Shown: positions 8,594-18,839 of the stretch, in pieces
Layout of the letters: each line of letters starts with the position of its first letter
Position numbering within the stretch: the stretch's first letter is position 1
Assembly (NCBI GenBank): GCA_963823665.1
Contig: CAWGMQ010000006.1
Span: 1,696,001-1,760,000 of the forward strand
DNA length: 64,000 nt
Direction of reading: 5' to 3'
Origin: an uncultured Planctomycetota bacterium
GTDB lineage: Bacteria > Planctomycetota > Planctomycetia > Isosphaerales > Isosphaeraceae
Notes under the pieces: generated by a model
Databases searched by the model: none
Seen by the model: only the letters and a program-made list of their open reading frames with translations
Told to the model about the DNA's origin: nothing
Made by a program: the position numbers and the translations under genes

Positions 8594-9940
8594 ATGAATA
8601 AACACCGTAGAATCTCACGACGAACCATCCTGCGGGGCATCGGCGCGTCGCTGGCCTTGCCGCTCCTCGAAGTGATGGAAGACCGTAGCGCCCGCGCGAG
8701 CTCCGCTCACGGCGGCAAGCCGCCCGTGCGGATGGCATTCCTGTACGTTCCCAATGGAGTGCACATGCCGGCGTGGACGCCGCGCGCGGAAGGCAAGGAC
8801 TTCGATCTGCCGCCGATCCTGGAACCGCTCTCCGCCGTCAAGAATGAAATCCTTGTCCTGAGTGGGCTCACCTTGAATCCGGCTCGCGCGCTCGGTGACG
8901 GCGGCGGCGACCACGCTCGGGCCATGGCCAGCTTCTTGACGGGCTGTCACCCACGGAAGACCGGCGGCGCCGATCTGTGCGCGGGGGTCTCGGTCGATCA
9001 GGTCGCTGCGCAGCGACTGGGCCACCTGACCCGGTTTCCGTCGCTCGAGATCGGCTGTGAGGGAGGGCAGAACGGCGGCGAGTGCGACCACGGCTATAGC
9101 TGTGCGTACCAGTCGAACCTGGCGTGGCGCAGCGAACGGGCGCCGCTTGCAAAGCAGGTCAATCCCCGGTTGTTGTTCGACCGGCTCTTTGGTGCTCCGG
9201 CCGAAAACGAGAGCGCGCAAGCCCGTGCCCGGACCGCTCGGCGGCAGAAGAGCGTTCTCGACTTCGTCCTGGAAGAGACCCGGCGCCTCACGCAGGATCT
9301 CGGCGTTGCAGACCGCCGCAAGCTGGATGAGTACCTGACCAGCGTTCGCGAGGTCGAGCGGCGGATCTCGATTGCCTCGCCCGTGTTCGACCATGGTGGA
9401 TCGGCTCATCAGCGGCCGCTCGGAATTCCTGCCGACATCGAAGAACACTTACGCGTGATGAGTGATCTCCTGGTACTGGCGTTTCAGGCCGATCTCACGC
9501 GAATCGCGACGTTCGTCTTCGCCAACGACGGCAGCAACCGGAGCTACCCCGCGATCGACGTTCGCGACGGCCATCACGACCTGTCGCACCACGGCGGCGA
9601 CGCCGCCAAGGAAACGAAAATCCTTGCGATCAACCGGTTCCATGTCGCCCAGCTCGCGTATCTCTTCGGCAAGCTGAAGTCGACTCGGGAGGGAGATGGT
9701 TCACTGCTCGATCACTCGATGATCGTCTACGGCAGCGGCATCAGTGACGGCAACTCGCACCGCCACGACAACTTGCCGATTCTGCTCTCGGGCCGTGCCG
9801 CAGGCACGATCAAGACGGGCCGGCACATTCGCTGCGCGGCGGAGACGCCACTCTGCAATCTCTATGTATCGATGCTCAATCGCATCGGAGTCGATGCAAC
9901 GGCGTTCGGCGACAGCACCGGCGATCTGGGTGCTCTGTAG
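8594..9940 (+). CDS. DUF1552 family protein (Tat signal)
   Basis: ISRRTILRGIGASLALPLLE, YVPNG, GYSCAY, HHDLSHH, GSGISDGNSH. Usual partner of DUF1592. Confidence 0.92.
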   Translation: MNKHRRISRRTILRGIGASLALPLLEVMEDRSARASSAHGGKPPVRMAFLYVPNGVHMPAWTPRAEGKDFDLPPILEPLSAVKNEILVLSGLTLNPARALGDGGGDHARAMASFLTGCHPRKTGGADLCAGVSVDQVAAQRLGHLTRFPSLEIGCEGGQNGGECDHGYSCAYQSNLAWRSERAPLAKQVNPRLLFDRLFGAPAENESAQARARTARRQKSVLDFVLEETRRLTQDLGVADRRKLDEYLTSVREVERRISIASPVFDHGGSAHQRPLGIPADIEEHLRVMSDLLVLAFQADLTRIATFVFANDGSNRSYPAIDVRDGHHDLSHHGGDAAKETKILAINRFHVAQLAYLFGKLKSTREGDGSLLDHSMIVYGSGISDGNSHRHDNLPILLSGRAAGTIKTGRHIRCAAETPLCNLYVSMLNRIGVDATAFGDSTGDLGAL

Positions 9941-9995
9941 GGATAAATTCCGGCGCCGTGAATGGACTGGCACGATCGGGCAACCGAATCGGGTC

Positions 9996-10160
9996 GCACA
10001 GGCCTCGCCAGTGCTCTGGTGTAGCAGGCACACTCCGTGTGCCGCCCGCTGAAAGTTTTCGATGGATGGCACAGGCCTCGCCAGTGCTCTGGTGTAGCAG
10101 GCACACTCCGTGTGCCGCCCGCTGAAAGTTCTCGATGGATGGGACTGGCCTCGCCAGTGC
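9996..10160. repeat. 73-bp tandem repeat (2 full + 1 partial) of REP-like palindromes
   Basis: Units start at 9996, 10069 and 10142. They contain GCAC(A/T)GGC-ctc-GCCAGTGC and GTAGCA-GGCACAC-tcc-GTGTGCC hairpins and lie between convergent genes. Confidence 0.85.
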
Positions 10161-10170
10161 TGCATGCCGC

Positions 10171-11302
10171 TCACACATCCGCGATCAGAATATCCAGCCC
10201 TTCAGCCTGGCGCTCGAGCCGGTTCAAGATCGAGCCATTCAACTGCTTGTACCACGGCTGACGGCTCTTGCCGACCACGATGATCTTGATCGCGTATTCG
10301 TGGGCAAACGCCAGCATGGTGCTCGCGACGTCCGGCCCGCGGAACGTCATGGGGATTCCGCCGAGCTGCTGCGCCAGCTCGAGATTCTTGCGAGAGCAGC
10401 CGCTGCGTGGCCGCGTCGATGCGCGTCAGGTCTTCAAGCGGCGTCTGAATGTACACGGCATACCACGGCACATTCAGCCGGTCGGCGATCCGCGCAGTCT
10501 TTCGCAAGAGCGCGGGCGCATTCGGGCTGCGGCTCGAAATGCCAACCATGACGCGGTCCGTCGCCGAGAGCGGAAACTGGTCGGCCTCGGCCCGCCGCGT
10601 CCGGCGGTCGATCAAGTGGGCAATCTCCGTCAGCGTGATCTCGCGTAGCCGCGTCAGATTCGAAGGCGTGAAGAAATTCTCGAGCGCCGCATTGATCCGG
10701 TCGGGTGGATAAACCTTGCCGGTGTTGAGCCGTTCGATCAAGTCTTCGACGGAGATGTCCACGTTGACGATCTGGTCGGCCTCGGCAAGCACGCGGTCCG
10801 GAATGCGCTCCTTCACCCGCACGTTGGTCACGCGCTCGATCTCGTCGTACAGACTTTCGAGATGCTGAACGTTCACAGTTGTGATCACATGAATGCCCGC
10901 ATGAAGCAGGTCTTCGACGTCCTGAAATCGCTTGGGATGGCGCGAGCCGGGTGCGTTGGTGTGGGCCAGCTCGTCGACCAGGCACACCGTCGGCCGCCGG
11001 ACGATGATCGCGTCGACATCCATTTCGCGGAGGGTCACGCCGCGATACTCGACCACGCGTGGAGGAATGATCTCGAGGTCACCGATCTGTTCCGCCGTCT
11101 CGCGGCGCCCGTGCGTCTCGACCAGGCCGATCACCGCGTCGACGCCCTGCGACTTGAGACGATGGCCTTCCCGGAGCATCGCATAGGTCTTGCCCGTGCC
11201 GGCCGCCGAGCCCAGGTAAACCTTGAGCCGTCCCCGCGTCTGCCGGCGGATCAAGCTCAGGAACTGCTCGGGAGTCGGTCGATGAGTCTCCGTGGAGGGC
11301 AT
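10171..11302 (-). CDS. kdpD: Truncated KdpD: N-terminal sensor + Usp domain, no kinase (frameshift near 10390)
   Basis: GRLKVYLGSAAGTGKTYAML, VDELAHTNAPGSRHPKR, TTVNVQHLESL. The shifted frame ends ...GLDILIADV at 10171. Confidence 0.88.
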
Positions 11303-11359
11303 GGAATTGGACCTCGGCTCCTTCGTCAATCATGAAAGAATATGGATCGGAAAACGCCC

Positions 11360-11911
11360 CTACTTGTCCAGCTCCAGGTTGAGCAGCAGCACGTTCACTC
11401 GAGCGGGGGCGCCGATGATCGTGCCCGATCGGTTCGTCATCTTCTCGATCAGCGTTCGCACAACCTCGATCGAGAGCCCGCGCGCCTTCGCAACGCGAGG
11501 CGCCTGGAAAAAAGCCGTCTCCAGACTGATGTCCGGATCGAGACCCGAGCCCGACGCCGTGACCAGGTCCAAGGGCGCCGGCTGACTGACGGTTGCCTCG
11601 AGAGCCTGAACCCTGGCCACGACCGCCGTGCGCAGATCCGCGTTGTTGGTGCCAAGGTTCGACCCTCCGGCCGCGTCTGCCTTGTAGTCGACCGCAGACG
11701 GCCGCGGCCGGAAGTACCGCGCCGAGACGAACCGCTGCGCGATCAGCTCTGACCCGATCACCGTTCGCCCGTCCGGCGCGTAAATCAGGCTTCCATCCGC
11801 CTGCGAGGGAAACAATAGCTGCGCCACCCCCCAGACCGCCGCCGGGTAGACGATCGCACAGAGAAGAAAGGTAAGGATGCAGGCTTTGAGTGCTTTCATG
11901 TAAATTGTCAT
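11360..11911 (-). CDS. kdpC: K+-transporting ATPase subunit C
   Basis: GSELIAQ, PRPSA, GGSNL, VTASGSGLDPDIS, VNVLLLNLELD. Confidence 0.95.
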   Translation of the reverse strand: MTIYMKALKACILTFLLCAIVYPAAVWGVAQLLFPSQADGSLIYAPDGRTVIGSELIAQRFVSARYFRPRPSAVDYKADAAGGSNLGTNNADLRTAVVARVQALEATVSQPAPLDLVTASGSGLDPDISLETAFFQAPRVAKARGLSIEVVRTLIEKMTNRSGTIIGAPARVNVLLLNLELDK

Positions 11912-11935
11912 CTGTTAGTTGTCAGGTGTTAGTTG

Positions 11936-14070
11936 TCATTTGATGACCATTGTCAGGATCGGGTCGATCATCAGGTCGATCAGCTTGATTCCGATGAAGG
12001 GCGCGATGACTCCGCCCAGGCCGTAGAAGAGCATGTTCCGGCGCAAGAGGCGCTGGCGCCGACCGGGCGGTACGTCACTCCCTTGAGCGCGATCGGGATG
12101 AGTAGCGGGATGATGATCGCGTTGAATATCACGGCAGAGAGGATCGCCGACTGCGGGCCGCCCTCGGTCGCGAGGCCCATCAAGTCGATTGCCCGCAGGA
12201 ACGCGAGCGATTCGAAGCCGACGAACATCGCCGGAATCACGGCGAAGTACTTGGCGAGGTCGTTGGCGATGGAAAAGGTCGTGAGCGCTCCGCGGGTCAT
12301 GAGCAGTTGCTTGCCGATCTCGACGACTTCGATGAGCTTGGTCGGGTCGCTGTCCAGGTCGACCATGTTGCCGGCTTCCTTGGCAGCCTGAGTGCCCGAG
12401 TTCATGGCCACGCCGATATCGGCCTGAGCCAGCGCAGGGGCGTCGTTGGTGCCGTCGCCCATCATGGCGACGAGCTTGCCGCCGGTCTGCTCCTTGCGGA
12501 TATAGGCAAGCTTCGCCTCGGGCGTGGCCTGGGCGATGAAGTCGTCGACGCCCGCCTCGTCGGCGATCGCCTTGGCGGTCAGCGGGTTATCGCCCGTCAC
12601 CATCACCACGCGCAGCCCCATCTGCCTGAGCCGGGCGAACCGTTCGCGAATGCCCTGCTTCAAGATGTCTTCCAGCTTGATCAGCCCGACGATCTTCTCG
12701 TCGCTCACCACGGCGAGCGGCGTTGCGCCCTTCGAGGCGATGGCGTCGACCGTCTCCTGGTAGCCGTCGGGAATGGTTCCGCGCATCTCCTCCACGGCCC
12801 GCGCGATCGTGTTCGGCGCCCCCTTGCGGATCCGGCATCCGCCGGGAATATCGATGCCGCTCATCCGGGTCTGGGCCGTGAACTCGACGAACCGGCTGCC
12901 GTCGGGAGCTTCCAGCTCCAGGGTGAACTCACGTCGCGCCAGCTCGACAATGCTCTTGCCTTCCGGCGTGGTGTCGGCCAGCGAGGCCATCGCGGCCAGC
13001 CGCGCCAGCTCCCGCTCGTTCGTGCCCTGTAGCGGCACGAACGCAGTCGCGCGGCGATTGCCAAGCGTGATCGTGCCGGTCTTGTCGAGCAGCAGCGTGT
13101 CCACATCGCCGGCAACCTCGACGGCCTTGCCGCTCTTGGCGATCAGGTTTGCCGCCAGCGCTCGATCCATCCCCGCGATCCCGATCGCCGCGAGCAAAGC
13201 ACCAATGGTCGTGGGGATCAAACACACCAGAAGTGCGATGAGCGTGGGGATGTCCAGGCTGATCGCAAAGTACCGGGCCATGGGATACAGCGTGGCGGTG
13301 ACGATCAGGAAGATGATCGAGAATGCAGCAAGGATGATCGTCAGCGCGATTTCATTCGGCGTCTTCTGCCGCGACGCCCCTTCAACCAGGGCGATCATCC
13401 GGTCCAGGAAGCTTTCGCCGGCCCCGGCGGTCACCTCCACAACAATGCGATCGGAGAGCACCCGCGTTCCGCCCGTCACGCCCGACCGGTCGCCGCCGGC
13501 CTCGCGAATCACCGGCGCGCTCTCGCCGGTAATCGCCGACTCATCGACCGAGGCCACGCCGATGACGATGTCGCCGTCAGCCGGAATGATCTGACCGGCC
13601 TCGACCACGACGCGGTCGCCCGGCTTCAGCTCCGTCGACGAAACCTCGATCGTCTCGCCCGAGCTATCCAGCCGAAACGCCAGCGTGTCCTGACGAGTCG
13701 CCCGCAGGCTCTGTGCCTGCGCTTTACCCCGAGCCTCGGCGAGTGCCTCCGCGAAATTGGCGAAGAGCACCGTGAGCAGCAGCAAGAACGCCAGCGCCGC
13801 CTGATAAAGGATCAGCCCCGTGCCGGCCCCCGACACGATCGACTCGATTGTCACAAGCGTGGTCAAGATCCACCCGGCCTCGACCAGGAACATCACCGGG
13901 TTTCTTGCCATGTTCCGAGGGTCGAGCATCACGAACGATCGGATCGTCGCCATCTTCACCAGTGCCGGCTCGAACAGCCGCAGCCGGCGGGTATGACGGC
14001 GATTCAGCTTGAGTGCCTGAGAATCGATCGGAGGCGGCGCGGGAAGCTGAGTCGGAGTGAGAAGCGACAT
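11936..14070 (-). CDS. kdpB: K+-transporting P-type ATPase subunit B (frameshift near 12050)
   Basis: [25 protein letters not shown]. The shifted frame gives [17 protein letters not shown] ending at 11936. Confidence 0.95.
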
Positions 14071-14130
14071 TGGCAGTGAGTTTCCTGGCGGACAAGATCG
14101 AGATCGAATTCCGATGATAACGTCGATCGC

Positions 14131-14179
14131 GCCGCAGTGCGGCACACGGAGCATTCCGACGCAGAGCGTCGGAACGAGG
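14131..14179 (-). repeat. 49-nt two-hairpin REP-like element (copy 1)
   Basis: Reverse complement CCTCGTTCCGACGCTCTGCGTCGGAATG...GCCGCACTGCGGC, same family as 25475-25523. Confidence 0.7.
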
Positions 14180-14187
14180 AAAAAACA

Positions 14188-15930
14188 TCACGGCGGTGCG
14201 GACGTTGCCGAAAGATGGTCGGCGATCGGGCCCAGGACCACCGCGGGCATGAACGAGAGCGCACCAACCAGGAGCACGGTTCCCAGCAGCATTGCGGCAA
14301 AGGTGAGGTCGTTCGTCATCAGTGTTCCCGTCGTCGTCGGAGTGCGTTTCTTCTCGGCCAGGAAACCCGCGATGGCCAGGGGCAGCACCAGCGCGGGAAA
14401 TCTGCCCAGCAGCAGGACGACGCCCGTGGCGATGTTCCAGGCGGGGTTGTTGTCGGATAGACCTTCAAATCCCGACCCGTTGTTCGCCGCGGCCGAGGTG
14501 AACTCGTAGAGCACCTCGCTGAATCCATGCGGGCCGGGGTTGGCCACCGTCTTCTGGCCCCAGTCGGTCGCCGCGAAGAGCGCCGTGCCGCAGGTGATCA
14601 GGATCGGGTGGATCAACACGACGATCATCGCCAGCTTCACCTCCCGGGCCTCGATCTTCTTGCCCAGGTACTCCGGAGTTCGCCCGACCATGAGCCCGGC
14701 CAGAAACACGGCAACGATCACATACATGAGCATGTTCAGGAAACCCGCTCCGATGCCGCTGAAGTCGACGTTGAGCATCATGAGCGACATCGGCACCAGC
14801 CCCCCCAGGGGCTGGAAGCTGTCGTGCATCGCGTTCACCGAGCCGTTCGACGTGGCGGTCGTGATGGCTGACCACGTGGCCGATGGCACTGGCCCGATCC
14901 GCACCTCCTTTCCCTCGAGATTACCAACTCCGCGCACGGGCAGGCCGGCCGTGGCTGCGCTCGGCTGCAGCTCGGCCCCGATTGCGATCGCCGCCCCGGC
15001 CAGCAAGAGCGCCAGCATCACACCAAAAATGACGATCGCTTGCGCCTTGTCCTTGATCAAGATACCGAACATCACGATTGCGGCCATCGGGATGATGATG
15101 ATCGAGACCACCTCGAACAGGTTGCTCCAGGGGCTCGGGTTCTCGAACGGATGAGTCGAGTTCGGCCCGAAGAAGCCGCCGCCGTTGGTGCCAAGCTGCT
15201 TGATCGCCACTGCGGACGCGACCGGCCCCACGGCGATCGATTGCGTGCCCCGCTCGACCGTGCTCGCTTTGACCGCACCTCCGAAGGTCATCGGCACACC
15301 GGTCGCAACCAGGGCGATCGCCAGGATCGCTGAAAGGGGCAAGAGCACGAGCGTGATCCCCCGGATCGTGTCCAGGTAGAAATCCCCGAGAACCCGCTCG
15401 CCGCGCAGGCCACGAATCACCGCCAGCATCACGGCCAACCCACAGGCCGGCGTGACGATTTGCAGCCACACGATCGCGCCAAGCTGGCTGAAATACGAGA
15501 GATGCTGCTCGCCCGAGTAATGCTGGAGGTTGGTGTTGGTGACAAACGAGCAGACTGTGTTGAAGATGACGGCGGTGTCGGCCCCGGCGTGTTCGACCCC
15601 CGCCGCGTCCTTGTACCCAAGCGCGGTGAGCGCGCCCTTGTGGTCCGGGTTGAGCAGCGGAAGATAGCTCTGCAAGAGCAGGATGCCGAACGAGATCGCG
15701 AAGAGCGCCATGTTGAAAGCCAGCAGCGCGAGCGCGTACTGCTTCCAGCCCATCTTGATCGGCTCGCGATGACCGATCAGTCGCAAGAGCGCGAGCGGAA
15801 TCGCGTCGACCCCCTTGCCGACACGCGCCGGCTCGGGATCGAGAGCCCTCGCCATCCACCAGCCCAAGGGCAGCGAGCCTGCAATCGGTAGCCCGATCGC
15901 CCAGAAGGGATGCACAAGCCCGAAATCCAA
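14188..15930 (-). CDS. kdpA: K+-transporting ATPase subunit A
   Basis: SFVTNTNLQHYSGE, KQLGTNGGGFF, SNGSVN, GRTPEYLGKKI, SAAANNGSGF. Confidence 0.95.
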   Translation of the reverse strand: MDFGLVHPFWAIGLPIAGSLPLGWWMARALDPEPARVGKGVDAIPLALLRLIGHREPIKMGWKQYALALLAFNMALFAISFGILLLQSYLPLLNPDHKGALTALGYKDAAGVEHAGADTAVIFNTVCSFVTNTNLQHYSGEQHLSYFSQLGAIVWLQIVTPACGLAVMLAVIRGLRGERVLGDFYLDTIRGITLVLLPLSAILAIALVATGVPMTFGGAVKASTVERGTQSIAVGPVASAVAIKQLGTNGGGFFGPNSTHPFENPSPWSNLFEVVSIIIIPMAAIVMFGILIKDKAQAIVIFGVMLALLLAGAAIAIGAELQPSAATAGLPVRGVGNLEGKEVRIGPVPSATWSAITTATSNGSVNAMHDSFQPLGGLVPMSLMMLNVDFSGIGAGFLNMLMYVIVAVFLAGLMVGRTPEYLGKKIEAREVKLAMIVVLIHPILITCGTALFAATDWGQKTVANPGPHGFSEVLYEFTSAAANNGSGFEGLSDNNPAWNIATGVVLLLGRFPALVLPLAIAGFLAEKKRTPTTTGTLMTNDLTFAAMLLGTVLLVGALSFMPAVVLGPIADHLSATSAPP

Positions 15931-15951
15931 TGGAGAGTCTCCAACAGGGCG

Positions 15952-16032
15952 TTAGAACTTCTCGGGGAAGATCATGACGTACGCCAGGTAAACGAGTGCC
16001 GCCACGGCGAGCATGCCCGTCAGATACAACAT
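15952..16032 (-). CDS. kdpF: K+-transporting ATPase subunit F, MLYLTGMLAVAALVYLAYVMIFPEKF
   Basis: 26-aa hydrophobic peptide ending YL.Y....PEKF directly upstream of kdpA. Not in the ORF track. Confidence 0.88.
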   Translation of the reverse strand: MLYLTGMLAVAALVYLAYVMIFPEKF

Positions 16033-16047
16033 GTCAGGTCCTTCGGT

Positions 16048-16146
16048 TCAAAGCCGGTCACATCCGGCGGTCATCGCGAAAAAGAGGCCGAAGATCGCCA
16101 GGCCAAGTGCCAGGGTTGCCGTCGCCATCATGAGAAAACGCCTCAT
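16048..16146 (-). CDS. Small single-TM peptide upstream of kdpF (MRRFLMMATATLALGLAIFGLFFAMTAGCDRL)
   Basis: ATGA overlap with the response regulator stop, hydrophobic helix ending CDRL. Alternative start at 16131. Confidence 0.6.
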   Translation of the reverse strand: MRRFLMMATATLALGLAIFGLFFAMTAGCDRL

Positions 16147-16799
16147 CTTCTTCCCGTGTTGCCACCAGGAAACCAATCGCGCAGGATCCGGTACGCGCCC
16201 CGTGACTCTTCGTCCTTGAGTTTCCGAAGGCGCTTGAGCAGCTCTTCGGCCTCGGTTGACTCGGGGTCGCCGGCGAGGATCTCGAGCAGGATGGTCTCCG
16301 CCTCGTCGAACTGGCACCGATTGATCGCTCGCTTGGCCCGCGCCAGGTCGAAAGCCACTTGCTTCGAGCGGTCGGGAGCTTTGGGGCTCAATTCGAGCGG
16401 GCGTGGCCCATGCGCGGAGGCTGCGTGGCGTGCAATCACCTCGGCCACGACGCGCCGCAGCGCCTCGGGCGTGATGGGCTTGGTGAGAAAATCGATCGCG
16501 CCCAGCTTCATCGCGGTGACCGCCTCGGGGATGCTGCCGTGAGCGGTCAAGATGACAACCGGGACGGTGTTTCCCACCTCTCGCAATCGCGAAAGCACCT
16601 CCATGCCGTCGACCTTGGGCATCTGCAAGTCGAGCAAGACCAGGTCGAAGCTCGGGCCGGAGGAGCTCAAGGTCTCGATCGCTTTCGCGCCGTCCTCGGC
16701 ATCGACGACTTCGTATCCGACCGACGAGAGGGCCGTTCCCAGCACGAGGCGCACGTTGGGTTCGTCGTCCACGATCAGGACGCGGTTTTTTGGGTCCAT
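16143..16799 (-). CDS. Response regulator (REC + C-terminal TPR-like helices, no DNA-binding domain)
   Basis: VLIVDDE, LLDLQMPKVDG, ILTAHG, FLTKP. Confidence 0.85.
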   Translation of the reverse strand: MDPKNRVLIVDDEPNVRLVLGTALSSVGYEVVDAEDGAKAIETLSSSGPSFDLVLLDLQMPKVDGMEVLSRLREVGNTVPVVILTAHGSIPEAVTAMKLGAIDFLTKPITPEALRRVVAEVIARHAASAHGPRPLELSPKAPDRSKQVAFDLARAKRAINRCQFDEAETILLEILAGDPESTEAEELLKRLRKLKDEESRGAYRILRDWFPGGNTGRR

Positions 16800-18665
16800 G
16801 GTTTTTTCATTTCAAGAGAAGTTGTCTCGTTCGAGAAGCGGATCGCCGGCAAGGTGAACGTGAACGTGGTTCCCTTGCCGGGCTGACTGCTGACTTCGAT
16901 CTCGCCGCCATGGGCCGCGATGATTTCGCGAACGATCGCCAGTCCCAGGCCCGCCCCGCCGGTGTGCCTGGTCGATGGCACGCGATAGAATTTCTCGAAG
17001 ATGCGAGCGACGTGTTCGGCGGGGATGCCTTCGCCGCTGTCGCGCACCACGAACCGCGCTCTCTCGCCTTGGGCGAACGCGCCCACGCTCACCGAGCCGC
17101 CCCGCGGCGTGTGCTGGATGGCATTCATGATCAAGTTGTCGAACACGTGCTCGATTCGCTCGCGATCGACCATCACCGGGAGCGCCTCGCGGTGCAGCTC
17201 GGCAGAGACGGTGAGCCCCCCGGCCTGCGCCAGCGGCTGAAACCTCTTGACCGCTTCGTCGACAAGCAGTGCCGCGTCGACGGCCGCCAGCTCGAGCTGC
17301 ACTCGGCCCTGCTCGATCCGGGTCAAGTCCAGCAGATCGTTGATCATCGTGAGGATGCGATCGGAGTCCTGTCGCGCCGCCAGCAGCAATTCGATCTGCT
17401 TGGCATTGAGCGGGCCGACCAGCTCCTCGAGCAGGAGGTGAATCGCCATCTGCACGCTGGTGAGCGGGGTCTTGAGCTCGTGGCTGACGGTGGCGACCAT
17501 GTCACTCTTGAGCCGGTCCAGCAAATGGAACTTGGTCACGTCGACCATGGCGACGGCTGCGCCGAGGAGCTCATCGGTCTCGGTGCGGATTGCCAGCACC
17601 CGGGGCAGGAAGTACCGCTCCTGGCCCTTGTCGGAAAACGAGATCGCCTGCTCGAGCGACAACGGCAAGTAGTCTCCGCGGCCGGCCAGCACGTCGCCGA
17701 TCGGTGTCTTGAGCGGTTGCGGTGGATGCCACGGAACCGGCGATTCAGTCACCGGGCTCACGCCCAGAATGCGCCGAGCCGCTCGATTGGCTTGTTCGAT
17801 CGAGCCGGTCGGGTCGACGCACGACGACCGGATCCGGAAACGAATCAATCGTCGCCTGAGCGGTCTTCTGGGCCCGCAGCAGCCGCGCCGTACCGGCCTG
17901 GCGATACTCTCGCAACGTGCGAGCCATCTCGTTGAACGCATTCGCCAGCTCGCCAAGCTCGTCCCGCGATGCCGCCGGCACGATCTGGTCGAGCTCGCCC
18001 CGCGCCAGCGCCTTGGCGCCGTCGGTCACCATGTGGATCGGCCGCAGGATCGACCGCGAGAGTCGCACCGCGACGCCCAGGGTCAAGACCACCGCGGCGA
18101 TCAGCGCGCCGATCATGAGGCGGATCGAAGTCGCCGCATTGTTGCGGGCTCGGCGATCCATGGCCGACATGTTTTCCTGGTTGAGCACCAGGATTCGATC
18201 GGCGTCTTGCTTGATCTTCTCGAACGTCGGCAGCAGCACGCCGAAGTACAACTCCGCTCGTTGCTGGGGCGGCTGCTGCAGGCATCGCGAAGAACCGCTC
18301 GCCGTGCTCGAGGTACTGCTTGAAGAGTCCATCCACCGATTGCGCAAGCTCGCCTTCACCCGGCACCGTGATGTTCGCCTGCTCGACTTTCGAGATGCTC
18401 GAGAAACCGCGGACGATTGGCGTCGAACTGTTCGCGGCCGTGCCGCTCGCGGCCGCCGACCGCGAACAGCAACCCGGAGTCCATGCGCTCAATCGTTTCC
18501 TTCATGCCTTCCGCCGCCAGGATGCTGGTGTAGTTCTCGCGCAAGATCACGTCGATGTTTCCACCAAGGCTGGTAGAACATGATGATCGCCCAGAGGCCC
18601 AGCACCACCAGGATCGCCAGGGTCGGCAGCAGTCCGAGCAAGAGCTTCGTCTGGAGCGTCTTCAC
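16775..18665 (-). CDS. Membrane sensor histidine kinase (TM-periplasmic-TM-HAMP-PAS-HisKA-HATPase), KinB-like, several frameshifts
   Basis: Assembled from pieces 18489-18800, 18356-18550, 17745-18359 and 16775-17956. Motifs DELGELANAFNEM, VSHELKTPL, NLIMNA, DSGEGI, GAGLGL. Confidence 0.85.
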
Positions 18666-18688
18666 CGTGGAATTCCAGCCAGCCCAGC

Positions 18689-18704
18689 AGCGAGTTCCAT
18701 GCCG
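18689..18704 (-). promoter_or_regulatory. sigma54 promoter CGGCATGGAACTCGCT upstream of the kinase-kdp operon
   Basis: GG-N10-GC spacing, about 24 nt before GTG 18665, adjacent to a sigma54-activator gene. Confidence 0.55.
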
Positions 18705-18795
18705 CACGCCGCGCCCGGGTCCTCGCATTCGCTCAGAGTATACGAAATCAAGGCCATGGTGCGCTCCCGTGTCTTTCCCGTCCGTCTCGGAGTAT

Positions 18796-18837
18796 TGCAA
18801 ATTGCACGAACCAGGGGAGATGTTCGTGCAAAATGCA
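18796..18837. promoter_or_regulatory. Paired TGCA-N3-TGCA palindromes (putative enhancer/UAS)
   Basis: TGCAAATTGCA at 18796-18806 and TGCAAAATGCA at 18827-18837 form a 16-bp imperfect inverted repeat about 90-130 bp upstream of the -24 element. Confidence 0.55.
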
Positions 18838-18839
18838 TG

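Noticed and set aside
9996..10160. Possible CRISPR array
   Set aside because: The whole 73-bp unit repeats with no unique spacers, and there are no cas genes in the window.
11913..11938. Direct repeat TGTTAGTTGTCA x2 between kdpB and kdpC
   Set aside because: Too short. It is likely a local slippage duplication at the stop/start junction with no supportable function.
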